A DNA stretch of 58,559 nt, filler included, from Sphacelaria rigidula (taxonomy: Eukaryota), in the NCBI GenBank assembly GCA_964200075.2. It is 3 parts of 3 records of this genome, joined end to end, with 100 filler letters (N's around TTAATTAATTAA, not from the genome) between each part and the next. Parts side by side here need not be neighbours in the genome. Positions count along the whole stretch, not along the records: positions 1 to 19,465 come from CAXNAA020000667.1; positions 19,566 to 39,015 come from CAXNAA020000668.1; 1 more part is not named here. One strand, written 5' to 3'. This document shows positions 13,624-25,023 of the stretch, one piece after another. Both the position numbers and the translations under genes were made by a program. The number at the start of each line of letters is the position of its first letter. Within the stretch, counting starts at the first letter, position 1. Under the pieces are notes generated by a model. That model made no database searches. It was given only the letters and a program-made list of their open reading frames with translations, and was not told where the DNA came from.

Positions 13624-14659
13624 TATAAGCAACACCACCGGTGACCAGAGGGGTACCAGAAGGCGCACATCGACCCGCGTGTTTTGTCGTCGTAGGTATC
13701 AAAAGGCACATGTATCGGGTCGCCTCTTCTGTCACCATGTTTTCCGAACAATTTTTAATCAAACTCATTCGGCATCTCTAGTTAACCATGCACACGGACC
13801 TCTGCGGCTTCCCTTTAAGCTTTTCCCAATGTACACGGGCTCCGGCTCATATCGCGTCTGGGCCTTGTTCAAAGCGTACGCCATACTTGTATAGCACAAC
13901 CTTCAAGGTTAGCGGGCCCCTGCAGAGCTGATGTCCCTCCGGGACCGTGACGTCGGCGATTGCCGTCTTCGCCTCGGTTACACGGTTGTTCCCGCACCCG
14001 ATTGGCGCGGCAAGACGACACAGTCATCGTCCCTAGATGGACCCCTGCGGGATCCCACGACTGCCCCCATCGTCTGACCTTGTCGAGCCCCAGTCCTCGC
14101 CATTAGCGGTCGGCCGACCAGTTTTACGAAAAAGAATACGCCCGTTGTCTATTGTTTCTTACTGTCTTGTCCTGATGCAAACGGTTGCTCTTCTTTTTCC
14201 TTACGCGATGGAGGCAGGGGGGTTGGCGCGGTAGGGTCTGTAGGTGTCTGAGAACTACAGATACATGTTTTCCCGTGGACAGCTGAGAGCCACAGATGTA
14301 CGTTTTTCCGTGGGCAGCTGGCAGCCACTCACTATTTTTGCAGCTGACAGCCACACAATAGCATATACCCTGACCGCCGACCAGCTTGTACACGACACGG
14401 GTGTCTCGAACCCGAGGCTTCCGGTATATTTAACAGTAATTTTTAGAAAAAATACCGGGACTTTGAGCTTAGAATATCTCAAACATTTCTGGTTTGTTTG
14501 CTAGCTCTGGGTCACGGCACTTTTTCAAGTAAAAGCGATGCCGATTCATCAGCTGACGTAACCTCACGGCCAAAGGGTGATTAAACGAATGAATCGGATC
14601 ACTCTCCCTGATGAAACTGCTCCGAGGTATCCCGAAGGGACGGACTCGATGACTCCCAC

Positions 14660-15508
14660 CAAGGGTAGATCGAGTAGAGTATGTACTTCTGAGTACTTGA
14701 GTAAAATACTCTACTCAAATTTTGAGTAGGTTGAGTACGACCTCAAATACTCTACTCGAATATTGAGTAAGCACTCTCAGTAATATACTGGAGTTTAGAG
14801 TATCACTTGAGTACGACCTGAAATACTCTACTCAAATTTTTAGTGAGCACTCTCAGTAATACTTGAGTATAGAGTACCCCTTGGGTATGGTATCCCTGAT
14901 AGTCGGCGGCTTCGTGACGTCACTTCACAGACTATGTTGAATACATGGGCGAACGATGGCCATCAGTTAGATGGGCGGCGTTACATCACAGCCAGCAACG
15001 AGTATGAGCGAATGATGGCCATAAAGAAATAAAATAAGCGTGCAGGTGAATGAACCTACCTGCCCCAGCGCCCCATCTCACCAGCAGGTTTAGTATGGAA
15101 ACGAAAAAAAATTCAAGGGTAGGTGGAGTAGAGTATGCCCTTTTTAGTACTCGAGTAAAATACTCAAGTATTTACTCTACTCGACGTTTCTACTAAAATT
15201 TTGAGTACGTTGAGTACGGCCTCCAATACTCTACTCAAATTTTGACTAGATTGGGTACGACCTCAAATACTCTACTTGAATATTGAGTAAGCACTCTCAG
15301 TCATGCTTGAGTATGGAGTATCACTTGAGTATGGCCTCAATACTATACTAAAATTTTGAGTAGATTTAGTATGACTGCAAATACTCTACTTGAATAATTG
15401 AGTAGGTTGAGTACGACCTCGAATGATCTACTCAAACTTTGAGTACTAGAAGTATGACTCTTAAAAAATTCTGAGTATTGAGTATACTCTACTCGACCTA
15501 CCCTTGAA
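14660..15508. mobile_element. TIR element with about 41-bp dyad sub-repeats (copy 2, inverted relative to copy 1)
   Basis: CAAGGGTAGATCGAGTAGAGTAT at 14660, a second left-type end TCAAGGGTAGGTGGAGTAGAG at about 15113, and right end GAGTATACTCTACTCGACCTACCCTTGAA. The core at 14900-15065 is the reverse complement of 5990-6160. Confidence 0.8.
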
Positions 15509-15522
15509 GGAATAGCAGTGAC

Positions 15523-15600
15523 GGTATTGTAAAGACGAGCCTACGTCTGTGACCACGGGTTCGAGAGATCGGACTATGTGCGGAGATAATAAAAATAAAT
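15523..15600 (+). mobile_element. 3' end of an (AAT)n/A-rich-tailed retroposon (SINE/LINE tail)
   Basis: AAAGACGAGCCTACGTCTGTGACCACGGGTTCGAGAGATCGGACTATGTGCGGAGATAATAA is repeated at 33822-33925 and 34078-34150. Confidence 0.7.
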
Positions 15601-17578
15601 GTGGTGGTACCCACATCACCTCTTGGAGGTTTTGTAGGAGAAACCTTTCACGCCCGCTAGCAGGTGGAATCTTGCCTTTGAATTCATATACCTTCTACGT
15701 GTGTTAGGTCATTCAATCAACAATCGCCGCAGTGGATATGCCGTGAGTTCTGAACTCTGGTACAGAGGATATTCACCATTTGTTTTGGCTCCCACCATTT
15801 TCGTGGGTTCCGGGGTATGATCCCGGTACCTTTTGTTCGTGAAACGTACGAGCTACAGTTACTCATGGTGTCGCTAGTGTCACAAGGTAATTCCTTGACG
15901 AGGACATTGTGAGAATTCATTCCTTTGTTGTGGTAGTTCCCGCAAATATTTCAATATAATCGTCTAATATATATTGAAACATTTTGTAATGTTCATCTAG
16001 GGTGCGATCTGTTGTCCTACTGCCGGCTCCTCCTCTTTCTTAGGACGAGCCTTGAGTGTAAAGGTATCAACCCGTCTCTCCTCCACCGTACGCGCCTTAC
16101 AGTTTGATATCGCGGATTGGATCATGACCAACATCTCCTCACCGTGTCGAAGTGCGTCAAATATCGTGTGCTGCGCACACGCCCTTCCTGTTCAATGACG
16201 GAAATCAGATACTTGTCGGCATAACCTGCAACCCGCATCTGCCTGCATTAGAACCCTCAACGTACTGCTCCAACATGTTGATGTTGCACCATTTTTCCCT
16301 GTTGCCTTACTGAGTTCACCGGCGCCTTAGCCTACTGATTCGCCAATCCCGCGGCCACCGGCAGGGCAGTGGAGCAGGTAGTTCCGCCACATGCCCCCCA
16401 TTTCCGGAATGTGCAGATGACGTTCCATAGGTACTGGGGGATAGTAGACGCGAAACGTTTGCTCCCTGGTGAGTCATTTGTTTCTGGAGCTCGATGAGAA
16501 CGCGCAAAATACCACTTTTGCTACTACTTCGCTAGTTTTGGGCCCGTTCGTTGGACAGTTCTGGCCTTCTCATGTACACGCCCGGTCTTTCACCCGCAAA
16601 CCGCGTAGTTGCATCGATGCCGAAACCCTACATCTTGTGATGTGCAAAACGATATTATTTCTGTGAAGTGAGGGCACCGCAATCGAGGCCCACTTGCTCT
16701 GCTGATTTTCGTATCACAAGGGCGTTTCAGCCTGAAATTCTGGTGACCCTCATTCCTTCAGCGGGTCGGGGCTGCAGTCACCGAGTCGACGAAAGAAAGG
16801 CAAGCCTTGTCACAAACGGTTCAAGACGGGCTGGCGTGTAAATTGGGCATGGGTCTCTTCTCGAAAAGCCGACTTACCTGACCCGGGAGGCTGTTCCCGT
16901 GGTTATCATCACCCTGATTTCTAGGTTTTTACACGCCACCGCGCCGCGATAGTGTGATTGTACGACCGATATCATGAGGGCGGGAAAACGTGGGTTCAAT
17001 TCCCCTCGTTGGAAACGCGAGGGCGTAGTAGCAAGCAGAGTCTGTTTGAGCTGAGTTCATTAGACGACAATCAGCGCAGTGCGGGAGTGCTGGTCATGAT
17101 CCAATCCGCTATTGCGCAATACCAGGTGTATTTGTATGTCGGGGGAGAGATAGGTCATGAATACCCTGAGACCACGGACTCGGCCCGAGAAACGGGAGAG
17201 GTTAGATAGAAGTGAGACAAAAATAAAGTGTAGCTGTCAGCAATCATTATTCCCCTTCCATCCACACGGTCTAAATGTCGCACTTGCGGGTCTTATTCTT
17301 CTAGGAAGACAGGTGTGATTCATGACAAGGCTTCACCCCAATTTCACGGTGGATGGTGAAAACAGGATGCCCCGTTTCCAATCACAGCTCGAAGCTAGTG
17401 AAATGTTGTGTAGCACAGGTGGTCGAACCCCATCGCTTGTTCGCTTGTGAAATTTGAAGAAACTCTCATCCTGAGGTTGGCCAGACAAAATGTTTTAATA
17501 ACTCACTGGATCTGCTCCACCGCACCTCCACTCCAAACCTCGTCCCCAAACAGGTACGTAGATCGAGATATTATCGGA

Positions 17579-17848
17579 ATGGCGGGGACTACGGGCACTC
17601 TCATCTGGGCACTCGCCGTAGGCTTTGCTGGTGTTGGGGTCCTGCTGAAGCTGGTCACGGTGTGGATCAATCGCCAAACCACAAGGGCCCTTGAAGCAGC
17701 ATCGATCGCTTCAGCTGCTACACCATCAACTGTACGGGCTGCAAAGAGAGATGTAGACCCACCAGCTCCACATTCGGCGGCTGGTCTTGGTCCAGCCCAA
17801 TCACCGATGGTCGTTCAGCCAGGGCCTCCTTACGACTTCGGAGTCTAG
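17579..17848 (+). CDS. candidate small single-pass membrane protein, or the terminal exon of an unresolved gene
   Basis: ORF MAGTTGTLIWALAVGFAGVGVLLKLVTVWINRQTTR... has a hydrophobic span followed by basic residues and a Pro/Ala-rich tail. A possible acceptor CCCCAAACAG lies at 17553. Confidence 0.4.
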   Translation: MAGTTGTLIWALAVGFAGVGVLLKLVTVWINRQTTRALEAASIASAATPSTVRAAKRDVDPPAPHSAAGLGPAQSPMVVQPGPPYDFGV

Positions 17849-18259
17849 CATAGTACTAGGGTAGGCGAGAGGAGACGCATGCAAAAGAGAAAATGTAAAT
17901 TTTTGTCAGCCGTGCAATCGATGCATGTGCCGGGTTAAGCATGAAGTGTGTTTTTACGACGAGTGGTGAGTTAGTTTTTTTATTCATTTATGGGAGACTG
18001 GCTTTTCCTGTGCTGTGACCGAAGCGTGTACGTGTTTCCGTGCGCACCCTCGAGATGCGTAAAACATCACTTATAGGGGGTAAAATTTATGTGCATGATT
18101 GGTTGTTTCCGTCGGTTGGTGTATCGTTTCCACTTTCAACGGTATGATCAGGCGAAAGTCCAAGTCGGTGAGGTGTTGGTTCTATTTCATGAAGTATATA
18201 TCCTGAGAGCATCGCGCTCCATCTGTTTCATGTGGGATGACCTATTGGTCTTGCCCACC

Positions 18260-18610
18260 CGCTCGAAAAGTATATTTACGACGCGACCCGTGATAGCGTT
18301 CACCAAGCTTGCTCGCGAGCAGACGAGATTTTTGTGTGTACGCACTCTCCTTGAGCCCGCTTGATATGTTGCCCTGGCTTCTTCAGTATTTCAGTCACTC
18401 ATATTGCGTTCAAGGTCACCAGCTCACGATTGCCCTGCCTAGAGCTTTGTGTCGTCATAGTGTAGTAGAAAGCGCAAGTAACTTTCTTCCTCACTGCAAC
18501 GGAGTAGTGCACGTACTTGAGACGTTGTTGATTGTGCCGAACTTCGTATTTTTGCTTTCGGTAGGAGTACAAGTGTACATACATTACTGTCGTTTTCCTA
18601 CAAAAGAGGA
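18260..18610 (-). pseudogene. decayed Pif1-like helicase fragment (Helitron-type)
   Basis: Minus-strand translation gives HLYSYRKQKYEVRHNQQRL and, after a frame change, GSRRVRTHKNLVCSRASLVNAITGRVVNILFE. These resemble Pif1 motif IV and the G.RVML.KN....LVNG..G.V segment, in the correct order. Confidence 0.45.
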
Positions 18611-19400
18611 TAGATTCATGTATGGTCGACCGGAGTTTCTGTGACTGAATTGGATTGTGAAGGTCGCCACGACGACCGCCCTCTGGACAAGCGTGCGACA
18701 AATCGAGTCCCGTAGAAGCTACACTAGTACCCGCCTGCGCTAGTAGCGACAATCGTAAGTCAACTGGCTCCGGCCGACTCACGTTGTTTCTTGTTGTCAA
18801 CAAACCTGAAAATTGACTGCCCATGTACGTGAGGACTTTGGCCACAAGTCTTGCCACCCGGAGAGGCTATTGCAGCGCTAAATGGCACTTCAGACGAGAA
18901 GGTTTGGGGTCGATGGACGGACAGAACATCGACGGACGGAGTGAGTAAGACGTCAACAAAGCCGCCCGCCCTGGCGCCCGGAAACTTTCGTGTTTCGCTT
19001 CACTTTCGGATTGTTGGCGGGCGTTTCACTTCAAAAACTGCGCTCACTTCTGCTGCGCCGGCCATGACCAGGACACTTTTTTACAACTGCAGGGATGGGG
19101 TGATGATGCGCAGACATCACAGGGGCGGTACGCGTAGTACTACACGGTGCGTAAGAGTGGGTGTGATTTGCTATTATGGTGTATCGCTGGCTCTGCACTG
19201 CTGGCTTCGATTGGAGCAGGCCTGATCATGAATATCCCCAGTGTCCTCATGTGCGCCGAGAAAATGCGACTTCCTGGCGGAAGTTCCCTCGCAGTCTCTG
19301 GAGTCGTTCGTCGTCTGAGTGAGTAGAAGGGAGACTAGGAGAGTGCCTGTGGAAAGGTTGCCTATAGTAGGTGCATTCTTTCCGAGCGGCAACTTGAAAG

Positions 19401-19465
19401 CTGTGTTGTTGTGTGTTGTCGTCCCATTTATTCTGGGCACCAGTCTACACCTTTCGGTATATGTG
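19401..19465 (-). mobile_element. SINE 3' tail, truncated by the gap
   Basis: GTCCCATTTATTCTGGGCACCAGTCTACACCTTTCGGT is the reverse complement of the SINE end at 19724-19761, next to a (CA/CAA)-type tail. Confidence 0.7.
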
Positions 19466-19565
19466 NNNNNNNNNNNNNNNNNNNNNNNNNNNNNNNNNNN
19501 NNNNNNNNNTTAATTAATTAANNNNNNNNNNNNNNNNNNNNNNNNNNNNNNNNNNNNNNNNNNNN
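19466..19565. other. assembly gap with artificial TTAATTAATTAA linker
   Basis: Two N-runs flank a 12-mer giving stops in all six frames. An identical construct lies at 39016-39115. Confidence 0.95.
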
Positions 19566-19782
19566 CGACTTGATGGTCGACGAGGGAAAGGAACTGCTGA
19601 ACCCCTCTCGCGATAAAAAATAAAAGGCAAGCACCGCAGAGGGAAGGTGGGGTATTAAAAACAAATGAAAAGCTCCTGTGTTGCCCGTCCTCCTGTGTGA
19701 CGACGGCTGATGCGCCCACAAAGACCGAAAGATGTGGACTAGTGCCCAGAATAAATGGGACAACACACCACACACAACACAA
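19566..19782 (+). mobile_element. SINE 3' half with CA-rich tail
   Basis: Shares its body with 770-830 and ends GCCCAGAATAAATGGGACAACACACCACACACAACAC. Confidence 0.7.
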
Positions 19783-22700
19783 ATCGTTGCCGCAGGTAGG
19801 TCAACTCAGGTAGTGTGTACATCATCGTGTTGCTGCTCCTTGGTTACTCAAAAGAGGCGACTTCCTAGAATTTCCCTTCAAACACGTACATGCGATCAGG
19901 GAAGCAGCACCGTCTCCCTGCCAAATACTGAAATACTGTACCACACTCGCCATCGAAAAAACTGCTGAATACCCCTGAACCGTCAGCCGGAGAAAAATTG
20001 TTCCGAGAAGAAGCTGGCGGCCAAAAGGTCAACAGCTGCGAGAACAGGAATTTGTTGGCGATTTCGAGCGACGGTCGCAAAATATAGCTTAGTTCAGTCT
20101 AGGTCGCACTGTTTCAATTCACTGTAACGTCACATGTCTGCTTCCAGCACTATGCTGTTCAGCTGATCACAGTCAAGGGCAGTACAACAGCACAGCAGAC
20201 AGATGCGGACGCTATTACTAGTGTTGCCATGGGCTGTGTATTTGCGGCAACGAGACTCAAAGACGAGCGAATGAATGGGCATCGTCAATCGGCAGGATAG
20301 GTTTACATCCCATCAAGGTTTTGGAAACTTGTGAGCATCGAAGAGTTCAAAATCCCGACGTAAAACACAATGCCCGAGGCGAGGATGCGGGGAAACCGTG
20401 CGAGATGCGGCGCAATGTTGTCTATTAATTCCGATAGCAGAGGACACCTGTACACGATAGCAATCCCTGATCCCTGTGTTGATTGTACTGCTTTATTATG
20501 TCCAAGTACATACAGTACGGTACAGTACTTGTCTCGTACACTTTCTGACGAAAATGGCACCGACACTAGAACAATACCGCGCGGCGGTACGAGCTAAGGG
20601 TAAACATCCATGAACCGAGCCACAAGTGCCCATCGCAGCAAAAGCAAGGCAGATCCACCCACAGATGAAAGGAGCTTGAACTAAACCGCAGGCCCTTCAC
20701 CCCATATGATCTACACTCCACACTTACAGGACAGCATCAGTATCGTAAAGTCAGCATACGTTAGCAAAGTCTGCAGTGTCGGGAAATATGTTGAGGGTGC
20801 ATTAGAGCATACGCCCCCTCACCACCCCTCACCCACCAACACGTCAGATATATAATGCCTCGAGATCATCATCAGGATGCTGTGAAAACATGATGGGCTC
20901 CGAAAGCATCGTGTACGTGGTGTCGCCGAGCATCTTCGGGTCTCGTGAGTTGTCCGAATCTACAATTTTGAAACAAAACAAAGTGCTGCGAATTTTTGAA
21001 ACTCAGAATACTGTACTGTTGTACAGGCCAGCTCGTCCGTACAGTCGATTTGATTTGATTGATTATCTCAGTAAGCACCGAGAGATTTTGTAGTGCTGTG
21101 GCACCCATACCTGCTCAACCGCCAGAGGAGTCGATAACGCATGCAACGCTTCTCTCATGGGCATTGCTCGTTAACGCCGGAGCCAAGCTGCCGCCGGCAC
21201 CGGACCACACACACGAAGATCCGCTGTATCAGCGTGCGTCGCGTTTCCTGTAGAGCGATTCCATGGTCCGTTGTGTATGAAGCACGCAGCGTGTAGTGAA
21301 ACAGAAAGACCACCCAGAAAGAGCGGCGCAAAGATTTTAATTTTTTCAGTTATCTGCACGATTTTCACTTACTTTTACAAGCGAGATACTGAAAGTGAGT
21401 ACTTTTGTTGTAGTTCTAATTTTGAAAAGGAAAACTCGTGGAATATCGCCAATAAAATTGCGTGGGTCTCGCGATGCGATGTTTTTGTTTTTATTTACAT
21501 CGGATCATCTGTTTTTTTGTGTGCATATTTTGTTTCTTGCCTTCCTCGGCGGGCTGATTGATTTATTGGTATAGGTGGTATGCTCCTTGCACTCTGTGAG
21601 CACGGCTCCGAGATATCGAGCTAATATGACAAACATAAAAATAATCCGTTGTGTGTAACGCTCGACAAAAAAAATACTCTGAATACAGCCAACCACAGTG
21701 GTCCACTACAAGTACACATTACATTGGTGTGCTTTTCAAGTGCTGTCCTGTACTTGATCCAAATACACGTGCTTTGCCCTGAAAGTCATCTTCAAGTGCA
21801 GCTCTTTATTGTAGCGGCTTTGATTACGAGTGCGTAGTGTATGGTAGAAACATGAAACAACCCAGTAGTTGAGAACTGCTGGGTAGATGCTGCTGATGTA
21901 CACGCAAACTGGCCATGGTCGTAACATATTATCACCCATCACACCTTATGCTACAGCACAATGTCAGACACAGCCGAATTCCCGGATGATGAACTTTCGA
22001 TTACACATTGCAGCTGCGATCAACGCTGCTGCTGATGGTCTTTGGTTCGCAGTACTGAGATGACAATGACGAGGTACTAGTCGCGTTTGATGCGCTAATA
22101 TTTACTCAAGATAGATGGCAGGTATCGATGAGGTGCCGCACGTGTATCCGACGCACTTGGCTTCGTCGTACGTGCAAAGCCTTCTTCTGCTATCTCAACA
22201 CATGAGTATATGTTTGTCTCTCGACCAAAAACAGAGCACAGCTTCTACTACAACTACGAGCTGGGCCAGCCTAGACACAGATTACGCTTTCAAAGCAATA
22301 TCTCGTCGACACGGACGCGTTGGGCCATGATCCGCATATCGTATTAATCGTCTAACCAAGAGGAAGGTGCCCATCTGCTCAAAAGTTTGGGCCCATCTTT
22401 TCTGGTCGATTAAACCCCATGTCTAGTAATTCCTAGTAATTCCTGAAGCTTAAAAACACAGCTTTTTTATTTCAAAATTTTCGGGTTTTTTTTCCATTTT
22501 TTTTTTCGGGTTGAGCAAGTTTCGATGAGAAATGAATTATCTCGATTTTTCAGCTGAAATTTTTAGAATTATGATTTGAAACTCGGGGAATAAACCACAG
22601 AGGTTCGGGCGTTCTCGTGAAAAAATGGTGGTTCCCATGCCATTAATAGAACGCCCCAAACCAGTGAAGGAACAAAAAGAATCAACCTGATCCACATTGT

Positions 22701-22830
22701 TTCGTCAATTACACCCTAGCCACGGCCCACACAAGGCCCACACAAAGTTTCATCACACAAACACCAATCGTGGGCCGGTAAGTGGCCTGCAAAATGCTGT
22801 CCCGAATTTTTCCTGACCCCGTCAATTAAC

Positions 22831-23586
22831 GGCCTATTGTACGGCTAATAATACTATTATTAATGGCTGGACCCTGAAATTTGATATATAGACAGTGAAA
22901 AAGGCCGCGGATGTTCTGACAAACAGATTTTTGGCCCACAGATTGTTCACTTATGGGACGTTTGACCCACCTTTCGACCCTCAAACAGAAAAGCCCGCCA
23001 ACACGCGTCGCGGACACTTCGCATCACTCCACAGAGAGGAGCCTAGTCTCCTTTTCAGATTCCTTTGGCTCTGAGTTTTCGAGATTGGCCGCTGAACAAA
23101 ATCCGTGCTTGCCGGCCCCCGCCGGTTTGCTGGCAAACTGGCGGGGGTCGGCAAGCGCGGATTTTTGCGCACGGGTTTTGTTCAGCGGCCAATCTCGAAA
23201 GCTCAGAGCCAAGGGAATCTGAAAAGGAGACTAGGCTGATCTCTGTAGGGTAATGCAAAGTGTCCGAGACGTATGTTGGCGTTTTTTTTTTTTGGGGGGG
23301 CAAAAGGGGGGTCAAACGTCCCAAAAGTGAACAATCTGTGGGTCAAAAATCTGTTCGCCATAACATCCGGCGTAATAAAAACAATCACCAGTGCACACAA
23401 GGGTTTTAATTTTTTTTCATGAGTCAACGGCAATAATCAGCTTTCAGGTATCAGTATATTGTCATCAACTCATGAAAAAAAATTAAAACCCTTGTGTGCA
23501 CTGGTAATTGTCTTCATTATGCCCTTTTCATTGTCTATACCGCAAATTTCAGGGTCCAGCTCTAAATATTGGCCGTACGATGGGCC
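22831..23586. repeat. about 750-bp fold-back palindrome with a nested insertion
   Basis: Arms pair around 23131-23132 (TTTGC-TG-GCAAA), e.g. CCTAGTCTCCTTTTCAGATTCC versus GGAATCTGAAAAGGAGACTAGG, and GGACCCTGAAATTTG versus CAAATTTCAGGGTCC. Confidence 0.9.
23369..23523. mobile_element. 155-bp hairpin MITE inserted in the right arm of the palindrome
   Basis: About 60-bp inverted arms (ACCAGTGCACACAAGGGTTTTAATTTTTTTTCATGAGT and its complement) with GGC...GCC termini. It is absent from the left arm. Confidence 0.8.
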
Positions 23587-25023
23587 TGCAAACCACAAAT
23601 TCGCTTCTCGGCTGGCCCAGCTCGTATTCAATTAACAGTGGATCCTGGCAAATCGGGTCCATCTTAAAAAATGAGGTTCAAGTGGCATTTCTTTTTTGCA
23701 GGGATGACGCGAAACACTTACAGTACGATCGAGCGAAGCCATCTTCCCCCCCAAATGTCCGCAGCAGTTAAGCAGCTGTGGCTAGGTGCACCTCACGAAT
23801 ACGGTGTACACGCGTGTCGATGACGATATCGCCAGAGAGAGAAGCAACGAGAGAGAGGAAGCTCCTCGCCCGTGTCCTTTGTGTGTCCTCGCTCGGCGAT
23901 TACCAAATTCTCGAGACTGGCATCATCGATGTTACCAGCATGTGCCCAATTTTCCATGTGCCAGAACATCGAGCTGCGGGGAGATTTCCTCTCTTCTTAC
24001 AATTGCCTGTCGAGCTCACCAATTCAAAGATCGATTTCTCCTTGCCTCTCCTTTTGGACAGGACGCGCCTCTGTGCGCTGAAAAACATGTCGTTGTGAAA
24101 CAGGGCAATGTTCCCGTCACCGCTACTACTGTTCTCCATCACACACACACATGCCAGCAAGGGCGGTGATGCGGCCATAACAAATAGATTCAATTTGAAC
24201 TTGGGGGGGGGGGGGGGTGTTTTTCATCGTTGATTTTACCCACATCTGACCCTCTGGGTGCCCGACCACAACAGCGTGCCACACGCCAGTTGAGGGGGGC
24301 GTTCGAGAGATCAAACACTTGTGGAGACCTTCTTGACATGCGGAGTGAAAAAAGATACCTATGGTGGTGACCTAACTGTTGCTAGCGTGGTGCATAGCAG
24401 TACGTCCATGCTGCAATCTGGAGCACACGCTGCTCGCGTGAACACCTCGGCACAGTACGAGTAGCTTTCCAGCATTATTCCGATGTGAGGAAGTCATGCA
24501 TTACAAGCTGGGACGAGAGTGCTCTACGATCAACCACTTGTCGTTGCATTTGAGACCCACGCCATCANNNNNNNNNNCCATCAACCGCCGACAGCAAAGG
24601 GCTTGTGGCATTCACGCAACGCTGTCGGTAGTACGGCAGGCAAACCCGATCATGGTTAGCTTTCGTTGCTCTACCGTACTTACTCCCGACCGAAGTTCGC
24701 AGCAGGTATTAAACAGTTGATTTTTCTCAACTACATCCACCCACTTCAAACGACTCTCAAGGCATTACACCCTCAGGATGAGGCGGTTTACCTAGGATGT
24801 TACTCGAGTTGGCGACATATATACATATATGGAGTTGACCGATGCCCCATATTAAAATACTCCGCGGGTGCTCTATAGTGGAAATCGGGATGTCCCTCCA
24901 GCAGCAAGCCAGGCACTCCACGGAATTCACCAAGTTTCCGCATTTCCAACGCATGAACCACACAGCTTGGCATGTGACTGAAACTCAAGACGGTAGATCC
25001 AAAACACATAGCACACGAATTTC

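Noticed and set aside
16871..16881. ACTTACCTG suggesting the U1 snRNA 5' end
   Set aside because: No U1 stem-loop motifs or Sm site follow. It is better read as a minus-strand donor-like CAGGTAAGT.
16943..17013. tRNA-like segment (TAGTGTGATTG ... GGGTTCAATTCCC)
   Set aside because: Only box-like motifs are present and the stems pair poorly. At most a decayed tRNA or SINE head, so not called.
19510..19521. TTAATTAATTAA palindrome as a biological site (also 39060-39071)
   Set aside because: It is embedded in symmetric N-runs and is an assembly linker.
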